Part shown: one piece after another, positions 47,440-57,830 of the stretch
How positions within the stretch are numbered: the stretch's first letter is position 1
How the letters are laid out: each line of letters opens with the position of its first letter
Origin: a virus
Virus record (IMG/VR): IMGVR_UViG_3300033145_003080
Location: 32,001-96,000 of that record
Length of the DNA stretch: 64,000 bases
Reading direction: 5' to 3' (one strand)
The notes under the pieces: model-generated
Told to the model about the DNA's origin: nothing
The model's input: only the letters and a program-made list of their open reading frames with translations
Databases searched by the model: none
Program-made: the position numbers and the translations under genes

Positions 47440-47802
47440 TTAAACTTTCTTTAAGTAGTTTGCATACATCGCTCTGGTTTGCCCAATGTCGTCGGCCCAG
47501 CTCCAATGATTAAGCAGTAGGTTCTGAGCTTCATTATGATCCAGCTCAATCTCATCATCACAGGACATTTCGAGCATAGCGATTGCATCATCATACGCCT
47601 GTTCATGAGATTCCGGTGCAGACAGTCGTATATGAAAACTGTCAGTTTCGTCAGCAGTGAACTCTTCAAGCATTTCTTTGATGGCTGCAATCCCTGCTTC
47701 ACGAAACTCTCCATATGCTTTTTCAAATTCCTTCAGGTGCAGGTCTCTGTTTTCTTTAACTCTTTCCAAAAGCTTATCTCTATTAACACATACCCTTTTC
47801 AT
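47440..47802 (-). CDS. conserved phage hypothetical protein
   Basis: LLERVKENRDLH..PESHEQAYDDAIAMLEMS. Confidence 0.75.
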   Translation of the reverse strand: MKRVCVNRDKLLERVKENRDLHLKEFEKAYGEFREAGIAAIKEMLEEFTADETDSFHIRLSAPESHEQAYDDAIAMLEMSCDDEIELDHNEAQNLLLNHWSWADDIGQTRAMYANYLKKV

Positions 47803-47895
47803 GAATTACCTTCTTTCTGTAATTTGTTAAATTCTTTAATTATTTTTTTGTTGTCAATAATCTTGGAGATATCATTCAGCGTTTTTTCGGCCACC

Positions 47896-48210
47896 TCAGT
47901 TACTGTTGGCCATGGCTCTTTTTTTCGAAGTAACGACGATTTTGCCATAAAACCATTGTACCATATAAGACTTTCCACAATTATGGCATTTAATTTCACG
48001 AGGCGCTTTATTAACTTCGTTGTAGAAATTGGCGTCATTATACCCAGTTAATTTTATTGATGTTTTAATTTTGCCGTTAGGAAATTTTTTATTGAAATCT
48101 TTCCACATATCACTATCATCGACACATGTGCATTCGAACTTTGCAAACAAATCGTTTCCAAGTCTGTCGATTTTTGTAATCTCTATTTTATTACTTTCAG
48201 AGCTTGGCAT
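47896..48210 (-). CDS. hypothetical protein
   Basis: ORF after tmRNA; CHNCG. Confidence 0.55.
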   Translation of the reverse strand: MPSSESNKIEITKIDRLGNDLFAKFECTCVDDSDMWKDFNKKFPNGKIKTSIKLTGYNDANFYNEVNKAPREIKCHNCGKSYMVQWFYGKIVVTSKKRAMANSN

Positions 48211-48243
48211 GGTAAAAACCTTTCTTATAATTTACTTAACAAA

Positions 48244-48644
48244 TGGTGGAGGTGAGGGGAGTCGAACCCCTGTCCACAATGCCTTCTTTTTGAACCTCTA
48301 CAATGCTTAGTCATGATTTAATCTCACTGCTATCAGCTTCCACAGACAGAATCAGACAACAGCCAGCTCCTTAATTTAACCTGCTGGTTGAAGCACCACA
48401 ACAGGCGAGGATTCTAAGGCTACCCAGTGATTCCGAATCCACTCCTCACTGAGTTTGTCATCTTTTTATTAGATGACGGCTATGTCCTGCCGGGCATTTG
48501 CATAGCAAAGTGCACCAAAAGCAAGACAGAAATCGACATTAGATTTGCCAATTAGAGTTATGACCGATATTTAACGAGGCCAACGATCATCCTCGGCATG
48601 CAGTTCAAACGTCCGTTCATCATGTCGAAAACCAATACACCCCC
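48244..48644 (-). ncRNA. ssrA: tmRNA (transfer-messenger RNA)
   Basis: 5' GGGGGTGTATTGGTTTTCGAC, 3' GGACAGGGGTTCGACTCCCCTCACCTCCACCA, G3:U70 pair, internal tag ORF 48549-48469. Confidence 0.93.
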
Positions 48645-48648
48645 TTAT

Positions 48649-48846
48649 TTAAATAGATTCTTTTTCCGGCTCTTCTTTCTTTTCAAGATCAAAGTAATCA
48701 TTATTCACTGCACAGTTCTGTGCCATATCTTTTATGTTACATTCTTCATACCAAAAACAATCTGTGTGTTGACAATCCTCTGTATGTTGATAATCCTCTG
48801 TGTGTTGACAATCCATCATATACCTCCGTAACGAGGTTTTATCCAC
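48649..48846 (-). CDS. small protein with 6-aa tandem repeats (DCQHTE x3)
   Basis: 18-bp tandem repeats near 48760-48815. Confidence 0.5.
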   Translation of the reverse strand: MDKTSLRRYMMDCQHTEDYQHTEDCQHTDCFWYEECNIKDMAQNCAVNNDYFDLEKKEEPEKESI

Positions 48847-49078
48847 TTGGTAGATGAATCCAAATGAACTTTATCAGAATCGTGAATGTCGCTATAGCTG
48901 AATAGACGACAAAACACGTTCCGCTGGTTTTGAACGATATTACCCATACAGCCTTATTACCATCTTTTAGAACACCGAGCAATGATAATAAAAACCATAT
49001 GAAGAATAATACCCATATTATAAAAATATATTCCATAACATCTCCCATTAGTGAAAATATTGACCGACGTTTAACCAT
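48839..49078 (-). CDS. small membrane protein
   Basis: Two hydrophobic segments. Confidence 0.5.
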   Translation of the reverse strand: MVKRRSIFSLMGDVMEYIFIIWVLFFIWFLLSLLGVLKDGNKAVWVISFKTSGTCFVVYSAIATFTILIKFIWIHLPSG

Positions 49079-49274
49079 AGGACAATTAGACCTACAATTA
49101 TTGATATGGTTATAAAAATATTATTTCTACATTTCCTTCGCTTTTTTATCTCCTGTTTTATTTTCAATATTTCTATGTGCCTTCGTGTCTCCTCCTGCAT
49201 TTTGCCGTATCCCTCCTTAAAAAAGGGGTATCCAAACTACCCCTTTTTCAGTTATTTATTTCCTGTTACCATTG

Positions 49275-49628
49275 TCAGCTAGACGTTTCTGATCCTGTTC
49301 CTTTTGCACATTCTTCCGACATGTTTTTTACAATCGAAACAGTTATATTGCCCCACCCAACTGTATCAAGCCGTGAAAGCTCTTCAATCTTTTCTTCATC
49401 AGGTGTATCCTCCTGCTTCCATCCGGGTATCTCCTTTTGCAGGTTACACCGTATTGCGTCGATTATAATGTGTCTTTTTAATTCTGAAAGATAATTAGTA
49501 TCATCATCATCACAAACATTATTATAATCTTTGAGCTCAGGTTTTTTCTTTTTTTTAAGAGTAAGGGCCGTAACCCCTCCAATAAAAAGAATTCCTGAGA
49601 CTATCCATCGAGCGGTAGTTCCGTTCAT
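49275..49628 (-). CDS. membrane-anchored hypothetical protein
   Basis: N-terminal TM then poly-Lys; AGGAGG RBS. Confidence 0.65.
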   Translation of the reverse strand: MNGTTARWIVSGILFIGGVTALTLKKKKKPELKDYNNVCDDDDTNYLSELKRHIIIDAIRCNLQKEIPGWKQEDTPDEEKIEELSRLDTVGWGNITVSIVKNMSEECAKGTGSETSS

Positions 49629-50052
49629 GGCTATCCTCCTTTAGTATATAAAAATTACGCGGGGGAGTGTTACCACTCCCCTTTTGTATTAATTTTCTTC
49701 TTTCTTGAGCACATGATCGGTGCTCTTTTTAATTTTTCCTGCCGCTTTTAAAACTGCAAACATGAATCCTGCACCGCTTACTGCACATAGTGCGCATGAA
49801 ACTAACACAGAAGTTAATAATGACATTTGGCACTCCTTCTTTTAAAATGAAAGGAATAATTATTACTACCTATATAATAGTTATACCAGATAATTGAATA
49901 TTATCACACGATATAATTTAAAATATTTTTTTAATTTATTTCAAAATATTTCTGGCGAATCCAGATTCATTAATTTCATATTCAATATATTCTGCTTTTA
50001 TTTTTTTTAATTAATATATAAAAAAAGCGGAGAGCGCACTCCGCTTTTCTTG

Positions 50053-50253
50053 TTACATTGTTTGTATTTTATTATATATTGCGTCTCCTAATGTTTCCCA
50101 GCTATCGTAATCATAGTGTGCACGAGCTCTTATTAATCCCATTGTCAATCCGTCAGGGTCTTCTTTTCCTCCAGGTATCTCTTCTTTGATACCAAGTTTT
50201 AGGGCTATCTTTGCCATTTTTATACGACGTTTAATTAAATAATCAGAAACCAT
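50053..50253 (-). CDS. small hypothetical protein
   Basis: AGGAGG RBS. Confidence 0.6.
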   Translation of the reverse strand: MVSDYLIKRRIKMAKIALKLGIKEEIPGGKEDPDGLTMGLIRARAHYDYDSWETLGDAIYNKIQTM

Positions 50254-50312
50254 ACCATCCTCCTTTTAATATACAAAAAGTACGCGGGGAGTATTTCTAT
50301 TCCCCTTTTGTA

Positions 50313-50537
50313 TTAACTTTCAGTGTGAGACGCTATCAGGTATGTTCCGAAAAGTGTAATTGCAAACCCAATTCCCATTATAACCCCAAGGCTTATTGCA
50401 AATTGTGTGGATACCATAAATCCTGTAGTGCTCAATGCAAACTTAACAAGAGACACTGCAATGACTAATGCTGATAACGCGAACAGCGCCAATCCTATGA
50501 AAAAAGTTAGATATTTAAGGAATAATTTTAGTGACAT
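50313..50537 (-). CDS. small two-TM membrane protein
   Basis: Hydrophobic ORF directly after promoter copy 9. Confidence 0.65.
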   Translation of the reverse strand: MSLKLFLKYLTFFIGLALFALSALVIAVSLVKFALSTTGFMVSTQFAISLGVIMGIGFAITLFGTYLIASHTES

Positions 50538-50698
50538 TCAGAACTCCTTTTTTTTAAATTAAAGGAATAATTACATTATTCACATTATAGTTATACCACA
50601 TAATTAATTATTATAACCATCTTACAATTGAAAAAAGAGTGTTTTAAAGTTATATTGTAATTATAACAGTAACCAATCTTTAAAATCGAGGACGATAC

Positions 50699-53600
50699 AT
50701 GCCTCCTCCTGAATTCGGTTACGGGCCTGTCAATTTTGCCCGCCCGGGTCATATTGACCCATTCGCCGCATTTGATAATCGTATCCGTTATAATGATATG
50801 ATTCGCCAACAGATGATTTCCCAATATCAACAGGGGGCTGTACAGCCCACCTCAATGACACTCGCTCAACAGAGACATATCGCTATGGACCCGCGTTTTC
50901 AATATGGTGTTCCTGGTGGGCAGGATCCCCGTCACTATCAGCGACAGGCTGAATTAAGGAGAATGGGAACAGGAACTGCAATTGCTAAAACAGCCATGGA
51001 TATAGGGAGCTGGGGACCGGCTGCGGCTATAGGTGGTGCCACCATTGGTGGTATCGGTGGAGCTGTTGCTTTCCCCATAGTGGCGACGGCTGCCGCTCTA
51101 TATATGCCGATGCGTGGTATAAATAATGCGATGGCGCGTCAAACTTTTATGCATGGTATGGCTGCTGATATCGAACAATATAGAGACCAGCTTGGGTTCA
51201 GAGGTGGATTGTCATATAATCAGGCAACCAATCTTGCCGGCAGCATGCAGAGAAATATGTATCAAGGCGGCTTCTTTAACCCTGGACAACAATCTCAAAT
51301 TCATAAGATAGCCCTGTCGAACAAGATGATATCTGCTCGAGGAGGAGGGGCGCCTGGATCTCTTCGTCAGTATGAACGGAACTTTGAAGAGTTGCGTGAG
51401 ACAACTGAGGAAGTTGTAAAGTTGCTTCAGACCACTATCGAAGGTGGTATGTCTGTAATCAAAGAACTTCAACAAACTGGTTTCGGTGGCATGCGCCAGG
51501 TGAAAAGTCAGATTCGCCAGGCAAAGGCATTCGGTGGGATTACCGGACTTGGTGCACAGAATATGATGCAGATAGGAGCTGCCGGAGCAAGAGCTGTTCA
51601 GGGTACACCGTGGGCAGCAAATGTCGGTGCTACTATGTATCAGTCCGGCGCAGCACAGGCAGCAACGATGGCTCGTATGGGGCCTGCCGGTGCATATGCA
51701 GTACAAAGAGCCGGTGGTGTTGCTGCAGCCGGTGGTGCACTTGCTAATGCTCAAATGAATGTTCTTTCTTCAGGCATGGGAACCAAAGCTGTTGCTTATG
51801 CGATGAATGCTAGTGGTACTGTTGACCAGGGCCGCATGGCCCGATTGATGGGTGGCAAGGTTGGTGCGTATGAAATGGTTGTTGGTGCTAGTGAGCGTGG
51901 CTATGCTATGGGGCCATCCGGAAGAGTTATGTTTGAGCTGAATAAAGAAGATGTTTTAAATCAGATGTCTGATATTGGCAGAACCCAAATGGTTAACCGT
52001 GTGTTTCAAGCATGGGGGCAAGGGCGGTATGGTACTAATCAGGCAAAGGCAGTAGCATTTGCAAAACTATATACCAACAACCAAAGGGACCAAAGATTAT
52101 TTGCTGAAAACTTATTACGACCGAAAGGTTTTGATGACCAGTACGCAGCAATACAGGCAACAAGAGCGTCGCTTAACCAAGTACAAATGAATAGACCTCT
52201 CGGGATAGTAGGAAGAGCGGCTACTGGGGCTATTAGTGCAACTGGTGGGTATTTCAATCGAATGGGTGAAGATATTGTTTATGGCTCTGGAAGAGCGATG
52301 GGTAGGATTGCCGGAATTGGTAGAGGGATTGGCACTGGGGTGTCTCAATTGTATGAAGATGTGTTGCAGGGTGTTGGTGTTTATGACAAGTATGGAGGAA
52401 TTAATAGGGCAAATCCAATTGATGCTGGAGCGGCTATAAGAAGTCAATATGGCATTGGAAGAAGAGAAAGTGATCTCGGCGCTCGAGGATTGGCAATGGC
52501 ATCGCCATCTGGTTTTTCAAAACTTGAAAATATCAAAAAATTAAATACTGGAATTGATTATGGTGCGCTAGTAAGTAAAGATCCAAAGACGGCTGCATAT
52601 TTGTATCAACAAATAGGCGGTGCTTTGCAGGTTGGGACTGCTGGCGATCTTTTTAAGAATGATATGGTACTCAGAGGGCTTAGTGCCACGCCAGGAAGCG
52701 CCATGTTCAATATGATGAAAGAGCAACCGATAGCATTTGCGAATTCATTCCTTGCTACAGCAAATCAATACCGAACAAGTGTTAATAAAAAATACGAGAA
52801 CCAGACAACTGAATATGAGCGTATAGGGACAAGGTTGCCTGGAGAATCTCAACGAATTCAGTTGCGGGATATGAAGAATCAGGCCTTATTTATAAAAGAA
52901 ATGACTGGTAGCTTTGCCCGTGAAATGACAATAGGCAAGATAAAAACCCAAGGAATACCAATGGGTGCCGCAGGTGACCTCGCCATTAAACAGGCGGATG
53001 TGGAATATAATAAAAAGAATTCTGATATGGCTGGCGCAAATTTGCATGAAAAATCTGTTGATCTTGCTAAGTACCAAAAGGCGAAAAGAGAAGCTATATA
53101 TTATGGTACTTTTGGATTTGAGATGGAAGAGCGAGCTGTATCAGCCGGTCAAATGCGTACGGGTGGCCCCAGAACTGAAATGGTTGAAACGGGGGCAACG
53201 CGTCGTAGAAAAAAGAAAATAGCAAATATTCTTGGACCAGGATTTGGGCTTGGAACCACGCGACAACAGGAAGAGGCGGCAGCAGAAATAGATCGTCTAA
53301 TTGCAACGATGGATAAGCCGAAACTTACTAAACTTGCCCCTTGGGTATCTGAGATAGAAGGCGCCAGGCCTGAATATTTCGGCTCACCATTGTGGGAAAA
53401 TAGAAAGATGAAAGAAAGGGAGGCCAGGGCAAAATACGTTGAGGCTGAGGCCCTTGATATCAGAACTGGTCAGGCTAATAAGTTTATGGACCATTTGAGG
53501 TACAATCTCTTAGCTCAACCTACTTCCAAACAACAGACGCAGATAAAAAATATTATTACCGGAAAGATTAGACCAACCGATCTTGGAGCGGGTATAGTTA

Positions 53601-53983
53601 GTCTTCTCGAAACGGGGGCTGGTGTTACAAAGGCGACTATAGAAGAGGAGATTGCGGCAGGTACTATTGGTACTTATTTAAGAAAAAGCGAACCTGTTAT
53701 GTCGAAGCAGGAGGTTAGTGAAATTGAGAAAGCAAGAGTACACTTTGTTAACGCTGAGGCTGCAAAAACCAGGGCTGACAATGTAGTAGATAGAACTATT
53801 ATTGGAAGAAAAGGTAAAGAAAAGATAGCAACAAAAAAGGGCCTTGAGTATTTAGTAGCAAAAGAAAAATATGAAGAGCTAACACAGGTGATGTCATACC
53901 CACAATCAACTCGAGACCCAGGATCATATACCAGTGTGCAACCTCCAATATTGAATTATTGGAATAATAAATGGACACTTTAA
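50699..53983 (+). CDS. large Gly/Ala/Gln/Met-rich virion protein, tape-measure-like
   Basis: 1094 aa, helical low-complexity composition, heads an operon of large genes. Confidence 0.55.
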   Translation: MPPPEFGYGPVNFARPGHIDPFAAFDNRIRYNDMIRQQMISQYQQGAVQPTSMTLAQQRHIAMDPRFQYGVPGGQDPRHYQRQAELRRMGTGTAIAKTAMDIGSWGPAAAIGGATIGGIGGAVAFPIVATAAALYMPMRGINNAMARQTFMHGMAADIEQYRDQLGFRGGLSYNQATNLAGSMQRNMYQGGFFNPGQQSQIHKIALSNKMISARGGGAPGSLRQYERNFEELRETTEEVVKLLQTTIEGGMSVIKELQQTGFGGMRQVKSQIRQAKAFGGITGLGAQNMMQIGAAGARAVQGTPWAANVGATMYQSGAAQAATMARMGPAGAYAVQRAGGVAAAGGALANAQMNVLSSGMGTKAVAYAMNASGTVDQGRMARLMGGKVGAYEMVVGASERGYAMGPSGRVMFELNKEDVLNQMSDIGRTQMVNRVFQAWGQGRYGTNQAKAVAFAKLYTNNQRDQRLFAENLLRPKGFDDQYAAIQATRASLNQVQMNRPLGIVGRAATGAISATGGYFNRMGEDIVYGSGRAMGRIAGIGRGIGTGVSQLYEDVLQGVGVYDKYGGINRANPIDAGAAIRSQYGIGRRESDLGARGLAMASPSGFSKLENIKKLNTGIDYGALVSKDPKTAAYLYQQIGGALQVGTAGDLFKNDMVLRGLSATPGSAMFNMMKEQPIAFANSFLATANQYRTSVNKKYENQTTEYERIGTRLPGESQRIQLRDMKNQALFIKEMTGSFAREMTIGKIKTQGIPMGAAGDLAIKQADVEYNKKNSDMAGANLHEKSVDLAKYQKAKREAIYYGTFGFEMEERAVSAGQMRTGGPRTEMVETGATRRRKKKIANILGPGFGLGTTRQQEEAAAEIDRLIATMDKPKLTKLAPWVSEIEGARPEYFGSPLWENRKMKEREARAKYVEAEALDIRTGQANKFMDHLRYNLLAQPTSKQQTQIKNIITGKIRPTDLGAGIVSLLETGAGVTKATIEEEIAAGTIGTYLRKSEPVMSKQEVSEIEKARVHFVNAEAAKTRADNVVDRTIIGRKGKEKIATKKGLEYLVAKEKYEELTQVMSYPQSTRDPGSYTSVQPPILNYWNNKWTL

Positions 53984-53995
53984 CAAGGTTGTTCT

Positions 53996-54868
53996 ATGCC
54001 ATTTCGTTTGCCAAATGAATTTTTAAGCTCACCGGATGATAATAAAATACGCCCATACACTGTTGGTACAACAGAGCATGCAGGAACCGTTGCAACAATA
54101 GTCCTTTATACAACAGCGCAGGGTTTTTTGTCGGATGATGCTCTCAAGACGAATGACTATCTTACTGATTTATCAATGAGCATTTCCGAATTAGAAGCTG
54201 GTTCAATTAGTGGAGACGAGCAGGCTCCTCCTTCAATACCAGGCGGCAAGATTGCTTTAATTTCTCTTGATGGCAAGCAGCCGAATAATTATTATGGTGT
54301 ATTTAATAATTTTTCATTGATAAATGTTCAAGAAGCTCATGGTGAAATAGTCAAGTTGCATCAAAATTTCTCAAATGGGTGGAATGCATTTTTCTTTGGA
54401 GAAAAGCCTGCGATATACAACTTTTCTGGAATGTTCCTTGATACTCGAGAATATCCATATTACCAGGAATTCATGGTTGCGTATAATAAATATCTTCGTG
54501 GCAGAAGATGTATTGAAAACAATATGCAATTAAAAATAATGTATGACGGCAAACTCGTAGATGGCTACATGCTCAATATCAGCACCAGTACAACTGGAGA
54601 TTTGGAACAGAGCAAATCATTCACATTTTCAGTTCTTGTAAGAGCATCGCGATGGATCAGGATGAATCTTATTCCAGTTTATTCTTCTCATGACAACAGA
54701 TACATAAGTGTTGATGAATTTAATAGTATGAGAAATGCTGGCAGGTTGGCTGGCGATTTCTTAAGTGGATATATCGAACATATACAAGTTGACAAGAACG
54801 ATCCAAGTGGAACTGTAACACCAACGGATATTGTTTCAGCACCATCGACTAATCTGAAAGATACTTAA
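53996..54868 (+). CDS. putative tail or baseplate structural protein
   Basis: Beta-rich (FSLINVQE..FFGEKP.IYNFSG..DGYMLNIS..FTFSVLV); follows the tape-measure-like gene. Confidence 0.5.
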   Translation: MPFRLPNEFLSSPDDNKIRPYTVGTTEHAGTVATIVLYTTAQGFLSDDALKTNDYLTDLSMSISELEAGSISGDEQAPPSIPGGKIALISLDGKQPNNYYGVFNNFSLINVQEAHGEIVKLHQNFSNGWNAFFFGEKPAIYNFSGMFLDTREYPYYQEFMVAYNKYLRGRRCIENNMQLKIMYDGKLVDGYMLNISTSTTGDLEQSKSFTFSVLVRASRWIRMNLIPVYSSHDNRYISVDEFNSMRNAGRLAGDFLSGYIEHIQVDKNDPSGTVTPTDIVSAPSTNLKDT

Positions 54869-57822
54869 TGGCTGAAAAGAAAGGTTTTAGTTATTCATTT
54901 AAGATGTATATGGAGGGAATTGCCGTTCCTTTCAAGGGTGCTACTATTGTCTGTACTCCTAATGGTCAGGAGGCGAATATAAATGTATATTCTAATAAGC
55001 AACTTCTTGACATTAAGCCAAAAACCGCCGTACAAATATTCTATCGTGAATGGTCTACTCGAGAGAAAAGGCCTGCATGGAGATTGGCGTTTGATGGATT
55101 CTTTTCGTGCTTCTATAAAGTAGATCAAGCAACTGAAGGGCGTGGATTGGGAATGGTATGTCGTGACTTTCGAATGGATATTCGAAGGGCGCCCGCTGCA
55201 ATAGCCTGGGAAGCGGCTGATGCTTTAACCACTCGCAATTTTTATAATTCGATGGGGATATTTCAGACATTTGTCATAAAAGGAAAAACGCAAAAACAAG
55301 GTACTGATATCAGGGTATTTGACAATACAGGACTAGCACCTTTGTCCTATACTCTTGGCCTTATTGCCGGCAGCGCAGGATACAGCCGCACATCAAACAA
55401 GATGAAAGGGACGAAGAAGAGTACGAACACTATTGCTGATGAGGGGAGCTTCGATCAACAGATTGGTAAAATACAAAAAGATGAGAAAGCAAATAAGACA
55501 CAGCAGGATGGTGAAGATGCTTATTCTGCTGAGTTTGCCAGTGCAACACCATCAGATAATGGGGTGGCAAATTGCGGATTCTATCTGGATGCATTAATTA
55601 GGGGTATGTGGCTAGAAGCTGTCGGTGGTACGGCAGTAGGAACATTCCTTAATAAGCGTATACGGCTTGATAAACGTTTTCTTGTACCGGTAAATAAAGC
55701 GGGATATAACTTTTGGAGCAAACAGAGTGGAAGTGTGCATATTGGTTCTCACCTGATGGGCAATTCACGTTTCTCGAGTCTCGAGGCGGCCATAATGAGA
55801 TTGGCCGGCGCATTTTCTACTCGAGTGTATTCATGCAGCACGCCATCATTAATACCAATAGGCAACAAGGCTGATGGAAAACCGTATGATGCAGTTGAGT
55901 ATGTTATGGATTCAAAGGTAAGGAAGTTTCTCGTAGACAGGGCATCTGCCGAATTCGGTGGTAAATATATATTAAATGAATCAATGCTTTTGCCTCCACT
56001 CGAGTTTACAGCCCCACCGAATTGTAATCTTCTTTTTCCACCAATGTATGACAGGGTTGAATGGCAATATGATATTGATGCCGATGTTACTCGAGGGTAT
56101 TTTGATCAAGTCCACATGCTTTCGTCGCCAGGTGGAAACGCCCTTGCATCACCCAGCGTACAGGTTCCGAACGCTTTGTTTAATTTGATGAATAGTGATG
56201 GTGATCGGGCAAAAGATATGACAAAATCGAAAGGTACCGTTGACGGTACTGATCCGTCTAACAAGAAAGTTGCCAATGCTACAAAAGCTAATGTGACAGA
56301 GAATAAAAAGAAAAAACAAAATGCAGCCAGTAAATCAGTTAAGACAAAAGGGACAGATAGATATGGAAGAATAAAACCGCCACTTACACTTGAGGAAAGG
56401 TATAAAGGAATTAATGTCATATTTGGTAGCGTGTCTCATGAACTGGCAATGAATGATGCAATCAATGTTGTTAAGGATAGGCAGGCGAATAAGAAGGCCA
56501 GGGACAAACTTGATAGTGAGATAGCAAAACTGGAAGATGTTAGAGATAAAGCGTTAGGAGCTCTTGAAATATCACCTGAAAACACAGGGTTTGCTGCTGA
56601 AAAAGCAGATGCTGTAAGAAATAAAATTAAAGAAAAACGTGCTGCCAGAGATAAGCTTAAAGGTCATAGGGGTATAAATAATAAAACTAAAAATGCCCTA
56701 AAACATCATGCGCTTTTAAAGTTTCTGAACAGAAAGTATGCAGGGCGAGTTGTGACGGTTGATATGGCTTTTAATCCATATATCATGTGTGGTTTCCCCG
56801 GGGTAGTAATAGCTGACGACATGGGGTATGGCGAAGAGTCGATGAAGACTATTCTTGGAATGGTGCAGCAGGTAAAACATACTTTATATATTACACCACA
56901 AAGTGCAGAGGCGAATACATCTATTGTTATGAATAATGCTCGGTTCGAAGACGAGCCAACTGATATGAACGAACATGGCTCTCCGATGTACATGAAAGCA
57001 ACTGTTCCGTCAGATGCTGAGATAGACATTGATACACTCGAGTACAAAAACAACTACTTTATCCCTGAGCCGAAAGCTCCGGTCAAACGTATTCTTAATT
57101 CGGATTATTATGATTTGAATGATGAGAGCCAGCTACATAGTGAATATGTATACGCAAAAGATTTACTTAGCTTAACAGCACAGGATATTGCTAATGGAGA
57201 ACGTAATCAAATTTATATTGACGAAGGGTATGAGCCAACACGAATAGCAAAGTTCTATCGTGATGTGTTTGGCCATAAAAAGCAGCATTTTATGATAGGA
57301 AGCGCTGTTGACCCGAATAATGAAACAGAACGAATAAATTTTATGCATGACACGGTCCATGAAGCCTTACAGTATTTACGTGATTCAAAACCTGAGTTGC
57401 TTCAGAATTATGAGGATTGTCTTGATTTTATAAAAAGAAATGTTTGTTCTGCCGATGCTTTCTATCAGGGAATATTAGGTTTATCTATTAGTGATAAGGT
57501 TGCTGATGATGAGGGCAATCAAATATATGAGTATGTGAACTATCCGGCTTTGGGAGATGAGCTTGGAACTGAGATTCTTTTTAATGACCACATAATTCAC
57601 AATCGGTATTATGGTGTAACGACCACTGATTGGGATAGTGGAAATTTGGATGGTTTGAAGCAGAAAAATGGTGGTACGATGTATGAACCAGGTCAATTCA
57701 GCAGCATCCGTGAGCACATGCCGGTTACTGCCTTTATTCAAGAGCGCAGAGACGCTGTTGAGATATATGTGTCTAAAGTTCTGCAGCGGGTAAGTGGAAC
57801 ACAGTATGCACCGGTTTATTAG
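54868..57822 (+). CDS. putative baseplate hub-like protein
   Basis: 984 aa; N-terminal YMEGI.VPF, late FNPY...GFPG..G....V.H pattern; operon position. Confidence 0.5.
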   Translation: MAEKKGFSYSFKMYMEGIAVPFKGATIVCTPNGQEANINVYSNKQLLDIKPKTAVQIFYREWSTREKRPAWRLAFDGFFSCFYKVDQATEGRGLGMVCRDFRMDIRRAPAAIAWEAADALTTRNFYNSMGIFQTFVIKGKTQKQGTDIRVFDNTGLAPLSYTLGLIAGSAGYSRTSNKMKGTKKSTNTIADEGSFDQQIGKIQKDEKANKTQQDGEDAYSAEFASATPSDNGVANCGFYLDALIRGMWLEAVGGTAVGTFLNKRIRLDKRFLVPVNKAGYNFWSKQSGSVHIGSHLMGNSRFSSLEAAIMRLAGAFSTRVYSCSTPSLIPIGNKADGKPYDAVEYVMDSKVRKFLVDRASAEFGGKYILNESMLLPPLEFTAPPNCNLLFPPMYDRVEWQYDIDADVTRGYFDQVHMLSSPGGNALASPSVQVPNALFNLMNSDGDRAKDMTKSKGTVDGTDPSNKKVANATKANVTENKKKKQNAASKSVKTKGTDRYGRIKPPLTLEERYKGINVIFGSVSHELAMNDAINVVKDRQANKKARDKLDSEIAKLEDVRDKALGALEISPENTGFAAEKADAVRNKIKEKRAARDKLKGHRGINNKTKNALKHHALLKFLNRKYAGRVVTVDMAFNPYIMCGFPGVVIADDMGYGEESMKTILGMVQQVKHTLYITPQSAEANTSIVMNNARFEDEPTDMNEHGSPMYMKATVPSDAEIDIDTLEYKNNYFIPEPKAPVKRILNSDYYDLNDESQLHSEYVYAKDLLSLTAQDIANGERNQIYIDEGYEPTRIAKFYRDVFGHKKQHFMIGSAVDPNNETERINFMHDTVHEALQYLRDSKPELLQNYEDCLDFIKRNVCSADAFYQGILGLSISDKVADDEGNQIYEYVNYPALGDELGTEILFNDHIIHNRYYGVTTTDWDSGNLDGLKQKNGGTMYEPGQFSSIREHMPVTAFIQERRDAVEIYVSKVLQRVSGTQYAPVY

Positions 57823-57830
57823 GAAATAAC

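Larger units (their letters stand above)
49630..50620 (-). repeat. two tandem cassettes with conserved intergenic elements, including promoter copies 8 (49880-49908) and 9 (50590-50618)
   Basis: 49633-49692 resembles 50257-50316, and 49822-49895 resembles 50533-50605. Confidence 0.75.
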
